Source of the DNA: Flectonema sp. DT1601
Lineage: Eukaryota
DNA: 64,000 nt
Reading direction: 5' to 3'
NCBI GenBank assembly: GCA_964019425.1
Contig: OZ025785.1
Span: 930,001 to 994,000, forward strand
Shown one piece after another: positions 36,110 through 48,802 of this stretch (the stretch's first letter is position 1; each line of letters begins with the position of its first letter). Under the pieces are notes generated by a model. That model ran no database searches, was not told where the DNA came from, and saw only the letters and a program-made list of their open reading frames with translations. A program made the translations under genes and the position numbers.

Positions 36110-37754
36110 CATTTTATACAAATACGTTCTATCAACTTCAGAACAAATAACTATTGATTTAATGAAATCAGAGAGCCTGATTTTCGCGTGGGTGGGTTTC
36201 TACAGAGTGAGGTAAAGAAACGAGGCAAAACCCACTGCTCGGTGCACCCTCCTGTGTACAGATTCCTGTCCTCATGGTTTGGCTTGTTTAACTTTGAATT
36301 CGACCGGGGAGTCTAGATAACACGACTGCTAATGCAAGAAAGCCCTGCACAAGAAACTTGCTGTCTGTTGTTGCAGTCTCTTCTTTGAATGGTACGTGAC
36401 CTTGGACATTATCTCCTTTCAAGCCAGGATCAGGGACTGCAGAGCCTCATTTGACCTCAGCCACTGAAGCAGACTGCAATACGCGCAGTGTGAGTGTTTC
36501 ATCCCCAAGCTTGGTTCTCTTTGTGACTATAGTGAGACTTTCAAAAATGAAAGGAAAATCCTATCAGAACACATAATATCTCAAAAAAAATTCCGCTTCA
36601 ACTCTGTACTTGTACATTATTTCACGCCGCTCGAAACGGCCCTAATCAAAATGCGTGCAATTAAATCCGGTAAAAACTTCACGCTCTGATTTTCACAAGA
36701 TGATCGTTGTCATTCAGTGCAACCAAAAAGAATTTTTCTTCGCCTTGGCGACGGGTAATCGTGAGCCTGTAAAACCAGCTTAAGACTGCTGAAAAAGGAG
36801 AGAAAAAAATTGTTTTCACCGAACGAGTCTGGTAGGCAGGTGGCAGACTACTGGATGAGTCAAGAAGGCGAGTGATCTTTTGATGCCGTTGCCCAAGACA
36901 GACGGGAGTGCTATAATTTTTTTGAAGGAAAATAAAGTGGACAGACGGGAGGGGATGCATCTAAGTGAATATTTTTTCTCCTTTCATTTTTTTTTTTTTT
37001 TTTTGATACTGGATATGTTGTGATACAGAGAAGGTTAATTCTCTGTTCACTCGATATCCTGTTTATGAGCGGGGTAAGTTGACCCCAAAAGGTTCGTTCA
37101 TAAATAGAGAGGAATACAATAGAGAAACAGAAGACTGAGCTAGTTTAGTCTAATGTGCAGCAAGAGTTACGTAAAAATAAAATTAATCAGCATAATAGTT
37201 ACAACAGCATGGTTTGACGGGTTACACGATTAACCCTTATTCTTTGAGTTGTTGACATGTTTATAATCCTCATGTGAGTACATCTAATTTACTTTACGTC
37301 TTCATCTAAATAAGTGTTCTCCACATCTTAAAACTGTCAGCCCTCCTTCCAGCAATCAGCTTTCCCTCTTGCTTAAGAAGTTTTTCGCATAATGGAAGTT
37401 AAGAAGAGCAAGATGAACAAAAGACTTAGTTAGATTTGTCTAATGTTAAGCAAGAGTTACGTAATAAATGTTATCAGCATAATTGTTATTATCAGCATAA
37501 TTAAACAGCAAAATGACAGGCTTCTCAATGAACCCTTCTTGTTCTCAAGGAGTAGGATGATCTCTTCTGTTCATTTAACTTACTGCAGTATCCTCATCAT
37601 TTTCGTAACTACATAATCTTCATCTTTTAAATGACATCAGAATCACCTTCTTCATACATCAGAATCCTCTTCATCATCTGTTCCCCTGTCTGCTTTCCTT
37701 CGGCACCACAAGGCATCTACCTTCACAAAAGAGTGGGGCAAAAGCATCGTTTCT

Positions 37755-40700
37755 TTATTCTCTTATGAGCCTCACCCTTTGGATAAGCCCTTTTCCCACT
37801 TCACATATATATTTCAACAGTATTTTCATACCATCGAATTCATTCACGTGTCCTTCTAACTCTTGTTCCGATAGTATAAGAGATTCGAAGTTTGTTTTTC
37901 TTTCCTTATAGAATGCAGGGCATTCACATACAAAGTGTTGTACTGTGTCTTCGACTTCACAGCATTGACACAATCCATTTCTATATCTATTATCAGTTTG
38001 CTTTGTGGTAAAGCATGCCTTTCCCATCCTTATTTGAGAGATCAATATTTCCATTTCCCTATTGAATTTCGGAGGAAATGATTCTTTCTTTCCTATTTTA
38101 ACTTTTGTATGTAAGAATTTCATTTTCGTCGTTACAGTTTTGTAATCAACTTTGACTTTGTCTTGTTCCATATGTACTGCTTCAGCAGCAAGAGCATCTG
38201 CCCTTTCATTCCCTTCGATTCCACAATGTGAGAAAATATGAGATATATTAACTTTCAAACCCTGTTCACACAGTATTCCCAGGATAATCCAGCATTTAAG
38301 ACCTAGCTCAGTCCGTTGGTAGCAATGACCTCTTTTTAGTTCAGATAAGGCACTCTGTGAGTCTGAGAGAACTAGAATTGCCTTGTCTTCCAACTCCCTA
38401 TTTGGTTTTTTCTTTATTACTTTCAGTAAAGTATTGAGAGCGTGGTATATTGCAAATAACTCCGATCTAAAAGAAGAGCATATTTTTCCTGCCGGGAATT
38501 TACCTTCCAGGAATTTCTCTTCAAAATTTATTACAAATGATGCACCTCCAACTCCTTCACTTACAGAGCCGTCAGTATATATTGTCGCAAGTATGTTGTT
38601 TTCATATTTTTCTTCTAATTTTCTGATAAGTTCTTTACAGATATCTTGATTTCTATTCGTGTTTTCGCATTTTCTCGCACCAATATTTTCGTTAATTTCT
38701 ATTTTATCAAAATCCTTCCAAGGAGGAAAGTAAGTTGGAGGATAAAGTTCTACTGGTAGGTCTGTGAGACCAATATCACTATACGTTTTGATTGCAAAAC
38801 ACAATGTTTGCATATGTTTATATTTTATTTTTCGTTTTTCCATCAATCTTTTGGTACAAGGAGAGGCACGCAGTCGTTCGATCTTTGCAGCCCATCTTGC
38901 TGTTTCAACAAGATAGTAGCTGTTCAGATCCGCTACGCAGGATTCTTCCAAGACCTTCTCAAATTTTGTTCCGTAGTCAGCACCAGTTATGATTTGAGCT
39001 GCTTTCATATGAAGAGTATTCAGTTTTCGCATTAGTTTTCTGTTTCGTACAATGGTGCTGTACAAACTCTCGATAGCATAGGTAAATACAGGTATGATGT
39101 ATATTAAGTAGACTAGTCTGATTATATTTTTAGTACAACCCCATCTTTTATCAGCCAGCATTTTTAGGAAGCGAAGTTTCTTGTTCACACTTTTACATAT
39201 TTGAGATACATGATCAGAAAACGATAGATCATTATCAATCTGGACACCTAAGAACCTCTCAGAATCAGTTTCTGTTAGGCACGTCTTATCTTTAAATTTA
39301 ATTTTATATTGGCATTTCTTTTTCCGTGAGGTACTCGAGTCAACAATCATTATTTTTGTTTTATCTCTCGCCAACTCAAGATTAATGTTGTTTAAGTGTT
39401 CTTCCGCTTTCGTAAATACAGTTTGAACTCTTTTTGACAGCCTACCAGCACAATTTTCGTCAGATACTACAAATGCAATATCATCTGCATAGAGTGACAT
39501 GTTTGCTTTGTTCTCTATAATTTCGGTTATTTCATCAATGTAGAGTACAAATAATATACTCGCAAGGACAGTTCCCTGCGGGACTCCATTTGTGAGCTTA
39601 ATGTACTTGCTTACTCTGCTGTTAATTATAGTCGCAGCTGTCCTTTTGTGCAGAAAGCTTTCGACCCACCTAATATAGTTTTCAGGTATCGACATCTTTC
39701 TCATTCTTTCTTGTAACTTGTGGTGGTTGACAGAATCAAAAGCTTTCTTTATATCCATAAAGACAACCGCCGAAGTTTTCCCTCTTATTCTATTCTCTTT
39801 GAGTATATCGATTAGGTACAGAATCTGTTCCCTACACGATCTCGTTTTACGATAAGCAGCTTGATTATGACTCAGGTTTTTAACACCATTGTTATGTTTT
39901 TCTAAGTGATATACAAGTCTGTTCTTTATTAATTTTTCGATAAGTTTAGCGATCGCAGGGGTGAGCGCTATCATCCTGTAAGATGCTGGATTGTGGGGGT
40001 CTTTTCCGGGTTTTGCAATCGGTACCCAATAAGTCTGTTTCCAGTCATTAGGTACTACCATGTTCAACCAAGAGTTATTTAGGATATCAACTAATGTTTT
40101 TTGCATTTTGGGTTTTAGATTTTGCAACAGGATCGCATTCATTCCGTCAGGTGAAGATTTGGTACTATGTAGTTTTCCCAATTGTGTCATCACCTCAGAA
40201 AAAGTGAACGGAACTATGTCATCTTTAATATTCATGTTGAAGTTATGTCTGTACTTTTCATTTATATCTTTCCCTACTATAGTTGAGAAGAAATCAGTAA
40301 AGAAATCAGCTTTTTCCTTATCGTCGATTATTTTTTCCATATTTGGGTCGTGTATAAATGGTATTTCTACCCTTTCACACCGCCCGTCAAGTTTTCTCAC
40401 ATCATCCATGTACTTTAAAATGCCATCTTTGTTCGGAGATCCATCATCCGTAACACATTCTTTCACTCTTTTTTCAATTTGTTGTTCCCTACATTCTTTT
40501 ACTTTTTCACATATTTCTTCATTCAATTTCTTTAGTAGTGCCATATTTTCATCATTCAGGTCGCTGTCATCTGTAATTTCTTTTTGTTTAGCTTCAAATT
40601 GACGAAGCTGTTTCATTAGTTCGGAGTTCCACCACTTCTTCGCTTTTCGCCTACGCACATAGATTCTAGGTACGTGTTTACTTTTTGCTTTTAATATTTC

Positions 40701-41690
40701 ATTCTTAAAGATTTTTGCTTTCTTTTCATTGATCTTAATATTTTGGATTCTCTCAGAGACTAATTCAAGGTCATCACTGAAGTTTGTCCAATCAGCTTCG
40801 GCCCAGTTGAAACCACATTTTTTCACTTTTTGGTAGTCAACATTTTTGCACGAGTTTTGTATTACAATCATCATTGGTGAGTGATCAGAGTTAACTGTTC
40901 CAAGGGTAGACCAGGATTTTATTCTCATATTTGTATTCGTTAGGGTTATGTCCGGAGAGGTCCTTGATTCCAACCTTGTTGGAATTGATGGCTCATTCCA
41001 ACACACAAGATTGTTTTCACTAATCCACTCAGATACGATTTCTCCGTTGATGTCGTCAATGGAATTCTCTTCCCACATATGGTTATGTGTATTAAAGTCT
41101 CCCATTATGACAACATCATTTTTCATATTATTTTTCAAGTCAATGCAATCTAGGCTAAGATTCGGGCACCTAGTATCTTTATATTGCAGGGGTGGACGAT
41201 ATATGTTATAGACAATTAGAGGTTCATCACATTGTATTTCAACAGCTGATATTTCAAGTGAGTCACAATCACTTTGTGTGATCGCGATTTCTTTAAATTT
41301 ATATTTATTATGAACATAGGTTAGTAGACCTCCTCCTCTTATAGGTTTACCTACTTGTGTTGGAAGTGTCCTATCTTTCCTATATGAGTTATAATCTTCA
41401 ATTACGGGTGTTTTCTTATTTTTCGTTAAAAATGTCTCTTGTATTAATAGCACGTCAGGTTCATAGTTAATAACAAGGAGACGTAGAAGTTCAATTGATG
41501 TTGTCATCGACCTCGTGTTTACTGATATTATTTTAAGGTCTGTATAGTTTCTTTCATTATTTGGTTCCGGGTTGGGATGGACATTACCACGTTGAACCAG
41601 CAAGTTGTCATTAATCACATTTATGCTTTTCTCAACGTTGGTGTCTATTGGAGGGGACGGGTTGTTGTTTTTATGAGTATGGTCTGCATG
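37755..41690 (-). CDS. LINE C ORF2: 2A-like peptide, APE, RT (YADD), RNase H and CCHC knuckle
   Basis: IISVN, IQET, MGDFN, SDH; YRMIAL, GVPQG, YADD, RFLG; IYTDGS, SDSQS, SHCGIEGNERAD; CQCC..H..C. The frame is open from the ORF1 stop onward. Confidence 0.95.
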   Translation of the reverse strand, partial: HADHTHKNNNPSPPIDTNVEKSINVINDNLLVQRGNVHPNPEPNNERNYTDLKIISVNTRSMTTSIELLRLLVINYEPDVLLIQETFLTKNKKTPVIEDYNSYRKDRTLPTQVGKPIRGGGLLTYVHNKYKFKEIAITQSDCDSLEISAVEIQCDEPLIVYNIYRPPLQYKDTRCPNLSLDCIDLKNNMKNDVVIMGDFNTHNHMWEENSIDDINGEIVSEWISENNLVCWNEPSIPTRLESRTSPDITLTNTNMRIKSWSTLGTVNSDHSPMMIVIQNSCKNVDYQKVKKCGFNWAEADWTNFSDDLELVSERIQNIKINEKKAKIFKNEILKAKSKHVPRIYVRRRKAKKWWNSELMKQLRQFEAKQKEITDDSDLNDENMALLKKLNEEICEKVKECREQQIEKRVKECVTDDGSPNKDGILKYMDDVRKLDGRCERVEIPFIHDPNMEKIIDDKEKADFFTDFFSTIVGKDINEKYRHNFNMNIKDDIVPFTFSEVMTQLGKLHSTKSSPDGMNAILLQNLKPKMQKTLVDILNNSWLNMVVPNDWKQTYWVPIAKPGKDPHNPASYRMIALTPAIAKLIEKLIKNRLVYHLEKHNNGVKNLSHNQAAYRKTRSCREQILYLIDILKENRIRGKTSAVVFMDIKKAFDSVNHHKLQERMRKMSIPENYIRWVESFLHKRTAATIINSRVSKYIKLTNGVPQGTVLASILFVLYIDEITEIIENKANMSLYADDIAFVVSDENCAGRLSKRVQTVFTKAEEHLNNINLELARDKTKIMIVDSSTSRKKKCQYKIKFKDKTCLTETDSERFLGVQIDNDLSFSDHVSQICKSVNKKLRFLKMLADKRWGCTKNIIRLVYLIYIIPVFTYAIESLYSTIVRNRKLMRKLNTLHMKAAQIITGADYGTKFEKVLEESCVADLNSYYLVETARWAAKIERLRASPCTKRLMEKRKIKYKHMQTLCFAIKTYSDIGLTDLPVELYPPTYFPPWKDFDKIEINENIGARKCENTNRNQDICKELIRKLEEKYENNILATIYTDGSVSEGVGGASFVINFEEKFLEGKFPAGKICSSFRSELFAIYHALNTLLKVIKKKPNRELEDKAILVLSDSQSALSELKRGHCYQRTELGLKCWIILGILCEQGLKVNISHIFSHCGIEGNERADALAAEAVHMEQDKVKVDYKTVTTKMKFLHTKVKIGKKESFPPKFNREMEILISQIRMGKACFTTKQTDNRYRNGLCQCCEVEDTVQHFVCECPAFYKERKTNFESLILSEQELEGHVNEFDGMKILLKYICEVGKGLIQRVRLIRE

Positions 41691-44600
41691 TCAATCATAT
41701 TCACCGTTTGACATGTCCACATCAGATCCACTGATCTCTGTCTGCCCTAATCCTGGCATTAGTATTTCTAGTTTTGTTTCAATTTGCATGAAACGTTTTT
41801 GGATTGCCTCAAAGTTTTTGTTTTGATTTGCAACATTATTTTCTATTTTCGCAACACGAACGTTGCTTATTTCGACATTTTTTTCAATGTTCTCTATTTT
41901 ATTGAAATACGTCTCATTCATCGACAATAATTTGTCAAGTTTACTCTCCATACCACTTTGTTGCACTTTTTCTTGTTTGTCTGATTCAGGCTTTGCCTGT
42001 GGTGCACCTTCAGCTGTATGGGTTATCAGCTTTGGTTTCGGCCTTTCGGTTCGGGTGCAAGCAAGCTTCACCCCATGGTCTGGCCATTCCAACACCATTC
42101 TATTCTCACCTCCCAGAAAGTCATCCTCTATTTTGAGGACCCACTTGCCATCAATTACTTTGATCGGCTTCACCACAATATCTTTTGTTGCGAAGTTCGC
42201 AATTATCTTGTCCACTGGGACTCCCTTGGGAATACCCTCTACCGAGAAGTATCCTAGGGACTTCACCCCAATACTTTTTCGTACCTGTTCCCTACAGGCG
42301 TTCTCTACCCGTACTCCATAATTTCCCCTACACAGGGCTATTCCATAAGTGCTCTTTACACTTTCCTGCGCTAATATGGACGTTTTTAGGTCCATTCTCC
42401 CCAGCCAGATCACACTTAAGATCTGGTTCATGGGGTGGTCTTTCCTTAGTCTGAAAAACAGCCCTCCTCTTCCGGAGGCACTTAAAAATAGTCTTAGATT
42501 TGGTTCTTCTATCTTGAGAAGAATCGAGAAGGTTTTAAATTCAGGAAGTTTATCGTTGATTTTTTGTGTACTTATGTCGGGACGATAGAGCCCTAATATT
42601 TTTTCACTGTAATTTATAGATGTTAAAATTCTTTGAAACGATGCTTTTACATCACAATTTTGTGTGTCGAAATCAGATACGCCTTTATATTCAGCTTCAG
42701 TTAAAGCCCTCACGGTGGTTTCAGCAATAACAACGATTCCATCAGATATTTTTTTTTTTTTTTTTTGAGTGCATCACGACCCGTGAGTCTGTGATGCTGA
42801 TTGCGCTGTTAGGCGCGGTTGTTCTTTTTCTTTCTTTCTTTCTTACTTTCTTTGTTTTGGGGGTTGGGTGGGAATCCCGTAGGCTTCGTATCTCCTTTCT
42901 TTGTTTTGATAACTTAAAACTAATACTACAGAATAAATTGTCCACTTGGACGACTTCAGATGTGTTGCAATGATGCCTTCAATGTTGATATTCGAAATGT
43001 CGATGTTTTAATAATACTACCGTCCTAATAGTTGTGCCAGTCTGTCTAAGGTTGTGACAAAACCAGTCATCTGCTGTTGATTCGCAGGTAAGTAGCAGTC
43101 CTCCAGTTGGCATGCTTCCTCTCCCTTGTCATTCATCATGTGACTGATGTATTTTTCTCTCAAGGTTTCTATACACCAATGTTCGCATATAAATAATACA
43201 TGATGCGCTGTCGCCTTTCCAAGTTTACAGAAAAAGCACAGCTCGTTCAGTCCTTTGATTATCAGAGATCTGCAATGTCCCACTCTAAAGCGTGACATCA
43301 GTACTTCCTCTGGTCGTGTTAGAACTTCGATGTACGGAGTGTCTTACCCCTCCTGGTCCAATCCAGTTCTCCCGTTTTCTCCGCTTGTGAAACGTCATCA
43401 ATGTTCCCATGTCAAGTTGAGTGGGCAGTTGTTTAATAATAACATCTTCGTGAGGTGGATCTTCCTTCAGGCCTGCAGCGAATTTCGCCAGTTGGTCCGC
43501 TACTTCGTTGTACCGCACGTTTCTGTGTGCCGGTACATACTGCATGTTGACTTGGATTCCCTTCTTCTCCAGTTTCATTGCCAACTTCCAGATCTTTTTG
43601 TTCATTGGGGACCTTTGTTTATATGGCCCTTGTTCCAATGCCTGCATGACTGACATCGAATCAGTCAACAGGTGCGTCGTTGCTGTTAGAGATTCATGTT
43701 CATCCTCCGCCACCTGAACTAAATTTTCCAACGCCAGTTTTACTGCAATCTGCTCGGTCCTATAAGAGGAACCCGCTACTGGTATTTTATATCCAAGTAG
43801 ACGCATCTTGCTTTCTTTTACTATGACCACAGCGGCAGCCGAGTCTGTCATGTAAGTCTCGGATTTGTGTCTTATCGACCCGTCAGTGTAGACTTTCATC
43901 TCGTGAGTTGGTAGTTCAGCTTCTCGCTGTTCAGCCTCTTCCTTGTTACTTGAATATGTGAATCTCATCGCACTAGTACTTTTCCATGGAGGGAGAGTGT
44001 AGTGTTCTGGGTTCACTTCCAGGTTGGTAATGCTCCGGTAATTGTCAAGGCCAGGGACACCAGAGACATAGTCTATCCAGACATTCCATCCCCATTTTGA
44101 TTTTTGAAATAATTCTGAACTCCCTGTTCTCGTCAGCTTGCGAGTCGGTAAGAACGGACTTAATTTGAAACGTTCGTAAGTTCTACACATCTTATACTGG
44201 ATGTGTTCCTTCAGTCTTGGCGTGTCGGCTTCTTTGTATAGTCTCTGTAGTTTGGTGCTCCGCAGACATCCAGTTACCAGCCTCACTGCCCTGTTTACCA
44301 GTAATTCCAGTTGTTCGAAGCACTCTTTTGGTAACATCCAAGCAAAGCTTTCAACACCATAAAGCACCCTTGCTAACACCACCGTCACTAGTATACTAAT
44401 GAGTGTCCTCTTTCTGCAGCCTATCCTAGTGAGTCTAACCAACAAGCCTAGACCCTTGGAAGCAGCTGTCATCATCTTTTGAATTTGCGACTTAAAGGTT
44501 AACTTCTCGTCGTAATGTACACCCAGATACCGCACGGTATTCGTCTTGTGAACTTTTCGTCCAACCGCATAGGCAAATCCGTGTAGTCCGGGTCCCACTC

Positions 44601-47600
44601 TTTGCAGCATCTTATCTATTTCTGCCTTGTTGTGGACTTTCTTCAGTTGTGGGAAGCGGGCACTCATCTTCATTGTTTTCAGTACCGCCGGTTTGTTCGG
44701 TAGCTTGACTTTGATCTTATGTTTTGGAACGACATACAGGTGAGTGATGGCGAATTCTTCTTTTGAAGCTACAGTTGTTGAGTTATCATCCTTCACAAGG
44801 TTACTCATTTGTTCTGCCGTGGCCACCACATATTTAAATGTGTGTTCTTCAGAGTATACTACTACTGGGGACTTGTCATGTGTTCCTCTTGGCCTCACGT
44901 GAATGTATTCCGTCTTGCCAGGGTTCTTATTGATTTTGATGTGTGAGTCAAGTGCCCACCTTTCAAATATTTTGACTGCGTTGTTAACCTTGTTTTCTAA
45001 ACAGCTGACAGTGCCCGCGGTTATTACTATTCCAACATCATCTGCAAAGACAGTCGGTTCGTACATCTCTAGTTTATCTATCAAATCATTTATGAAGATA
45101 GAGAATAACTGGGGTCCCAGCACGCTTCCTTGTGGCACTCCTACTCGAATGTTCCGGAATGCTCCCTTCACTCCATTCACCCTTGTTGAAATCTTCCTGC
45201 TAGTCAAGTAGTTTTGAACCCACCGTAGATATTTCGTTGGTAGTCCTATTTTGGACATCTTATTTAGAAGAGTTACCGGTTGAACTGCATCGAAGGCTTT
45301 TTGTAGGTCGAAGGTGATTAATATCGCTTCTTCTCCCATTGCCTTGGCACTTTTGAGTTTGTCTGTAACTATACAGAGATTTTCAATGGAATCCCGTCCT
45401 CGTTTGTAGGCTGCTTGCCTCGGATTCATTCTGTCTTTCAACAGGTGGTGCATCCGTTCTACGACCATTCTTTCAAAGAGTTTCGAGACGGTCGAGGTTA
45501 GTGCTATCGGTCTGTACGATAAGACTTGTTTCTTGTCTTTATCAGGTTTCAGTATGGGTATTATCATTCCACTTTTCCAGCACCTGGGTACTGCTGATCG
45601 TTGCCATGAGAGGTTGAATAGTCTTAGTAGTTGCTCGAGGAAAGCTTTTGGAAGTTGTTTTAACATCGAGTTCCAGATGTGGTCAGGTCCAGGTGCCTTC
45701 TTCTCCTTTGTTTTTGAAATTTGTCGTTCCAGTTCAGGCATTCCAAATTCCACCGAGTTATCATCAGGTATTCCTTGCAAGGTTGGTTCACCGTCTTCGA
45801 ATTTGAATTGGTCTGCGTATGTTTTGGTGAAGACATCTGCCATCTCCCGCGGGTCGGTTAATTCCTTCTCACCGTCGACAATCTTAGTAATTGAATGGTC
45901 CATCATTCTACCTTCCAGTTGTTTAACTTTTCTAAAGGCCCATCGGTAGTCCATTCCAGTCATGTCGCACTCAATGATCTTCTGTTTAATCATGTTGATA
46001 CCTCTTTCAATTGCTTCTGAGTCTGTCTTATCAGGGTCAGTCTCTGCCATTAAATCTTCCAATTCTGAATCCCTCACAGCGAAGGTACTACTTGACTTCT
46101 TGTTGTAGCCTGGGATGGCCCTACTCGCTGCTCTCAGAATCTCGTTGTTGATCCTATTAGCAAGTTTCTGCACATTCTTAATTCTTTCTAATTTGGGCGC
46201 TGCCCTTTCCAACAATATTTTATAATAATTCCAATCGGCACAATGCCACTTCCATTTCCATGTTCCAGAACTCTCTTTTGAATATTCATCTGTTTTGATA
46301 TCTTCGATTGTCAGTTTGAGTGGCAGGTGATCGCTGCCCCATCCCTTCATGAGTTCGATTTGTGCATCTATTGAAATATCTAATGCAATTACATCCGGAG
46401 AAGCTGAGCTTTGTGGTCTTGTTTGTTGTTGAGGTTTATTTAAAATTTGAATTGTTGCTTCTAGTGACCAATCGTAGAAGCTGTTACCAGTAATGTTCGT
46501 ATTTCCATTTGACCAAGTTGAATGGTGTCCATTAATGTCACCCGCAATCAATGTGCCGGGCTCTGTTTTGAACTTCCAGGTTGTTGCCTTGATTTCAGGC
46601 GGGTGGTAAACATTGTGAATTGTCAATGGCGGATTAGATTGAAGTACTACTGTTAATATCTCAGTTTGGTCATGTGAGATGTCGGGGTGTTTTAATATTA
46701 ACTTATTTAAATCATTTCTGACCAGAGTGACGAGTCCTCGATGACCTGACTTGATGGTGCTGTCTCGCCTGTGGATTGCATATCCTTCAATAGCGAATTG
46801 TTTTTCTTTTGATAACCACGTTTCCTGCAGTAGTACTACTTCAGGCTTTTCTTCTTTCAGTGCCCAGTTCAATCGAAAGTAATTTTCTGGTTTCAGAACT
46901 GAGCGAATGTTATTTGACCAGATCACAATCATGATTGGCCAGTGTTGTTCCTATTGGTCGCACTTGTAGTAATCTTGTTCATACCAAGATTGTTCTCAAT
47001 CCTCTTGACAGCTTCTATCAACGAAGTGATGGCTGTCGCCATGTTGTTGTTGGCTGCTTCGTTCTTTTTCGTAGTTTGCACCAGGGTTTCTACAATCCCG
47101 GTTATCTGTGCCATGCCTTCATCAAGTCGAACTTGCATGTCTTTTACTTCTTTCTGGAGACGTTCGATAGTCTCGTTCGTTTTCTCTCTCAGGCTGTTCA
47201 CGTTGTTTTCTACAACCTGAACTTCGGCCGTTGGTTTCTTCGTTGTCGGGAGTGACCTCTTGACCGCTGCTGCGTACGATGTCTTAGCCTCACGGTACTT
47301 AACTACAACAGGTTTCTCCGTTTCTTTCGCCTTCACTTCTGTTTCTAATTTTTCAATGAGGATGACAATATCACCACACTGTACAAACCTTGATTCTGGT
47401 TTCTTGTCCAGTGCGATGATAAAGTCCCCTCTGTCCATCCTTATAAACTTCGACTTCAGTCCTATCTCCAATAGGATGTTCCGAAGTCTATTGCCCCAGC
47501 TGTATGGTGCTCCACTGAGACGGTGGAGCCCTTCGCCAAACACTGTGGATGCGTATTTACCAGCACCCTTTCTCACCTTGTCAACATCCTTCGTGTAAAC

Positions 47601-48802
47601 CACCCTCAATCCAATCTTGCCATGTATGATGGTGAGTCCATGGCAGAGGTCATGTTGGGCTTTAAGTATGCCAACTGCCTCTTCGTTTGTTGTCTTGCGG
47701 TCCAGCCACACTGTAGTGTACTGAGTGGGTGTCTGTCCCGCCACTGATTTGATCCGGAAATAAACATTTCCTATTCCAGAGTTTTTTAGAAGTATAACAG
47801 CTGCTTCCACATCGTTTGGGAGAACAGTGAGTTCTACGAAGTCTTTGCCAACGTATCTGTAGGAGCGTTGATCGACTCTTCCGTGTTGTGCCACAACAGC
47901 TTTGACAATTGCTGTTACAGCTGCTGGATTTTGGACCTGTGACTTGGTCAACTCTTTAGTTGTTATCCACGCAATTAGTTCGTGGGTCACTGGTGGGCTG
48001 ATCTTCTTGGCGATTGTTAGAGTAGGTCGGTGTATCGTGCCAGACAAAGCAACGAACCACCAGCTTCTTATTCTTAATTGTCCATCAAATTGGACCGGCG
48101 TTTGTATCTGACTGCAGTCAGTTGCGTGTTGTAGGGCACGTTTTGGAGGTGGCCGTGTGAACACCATCGTCAGTTGCTTCGTTTTGCTGGCCTTTTCGAA
48201 GTATTGTTCGTCCAGGCTTCTTCCTTGTTGAGCCAATGAAAGTATAATTCCATTGGTCTTGCTGTTGAGGTCATCAGTTGGCTGGAGTATTTTGCAATTA
48301 AAATGCTCCTTGTTGAGTTTCGGTGGTGGTCCATTCATAATCACCGTTGATCTTCTTTGTGCCTCTTTGATTTGAGGGCTTGATTGGGGTGCCTCATTTG
48401 ACGGAGGGCTTTGTTTCGTTTTTAATAATACGCTTCCTTGTGCCTCTATGTTTTGAGGGCTTATTTGAATTGCCTCTTTGTTTTGAGGGCTTGTCTTCGT
48501 TTGAATTGCCTCCTTGTTTTGAGGGCTTGCTTGAAATGCTGCTGGAGGTCCTACTGCAATCACTTCTACTGAGATTCCTTCTGGCACTTCTGGAGAGTCC
48601 ATCTCCATTTCCTCCTGTTGCTGGGACTCTATCTCCTGCTGAGACCCCTCTTCTTCTTCCCGGATCTCATTTCTGGCTTGTTCCCTCATCATCTTCGCCT
48701 CTTTCCTTTCTCTTTCTCTCCTTTCCGCTGCCCTTCTATCTTGCGGACGCATTGCTTTCTTACCAGCCATTTTATTTTTTTTTTTCAGATACTTTCCAGT
48801 CA

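Larger units (their letters stand above)
42749..48784 (-). mobile_element. LINE B, full coding length, nested in LINE C ORF1
   Basis: TSD TCAGATA at 42742-42748 and 48785-48791. Poly(A) at 42749-42766, preceded by a hairpin. Confidence 0.92.
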
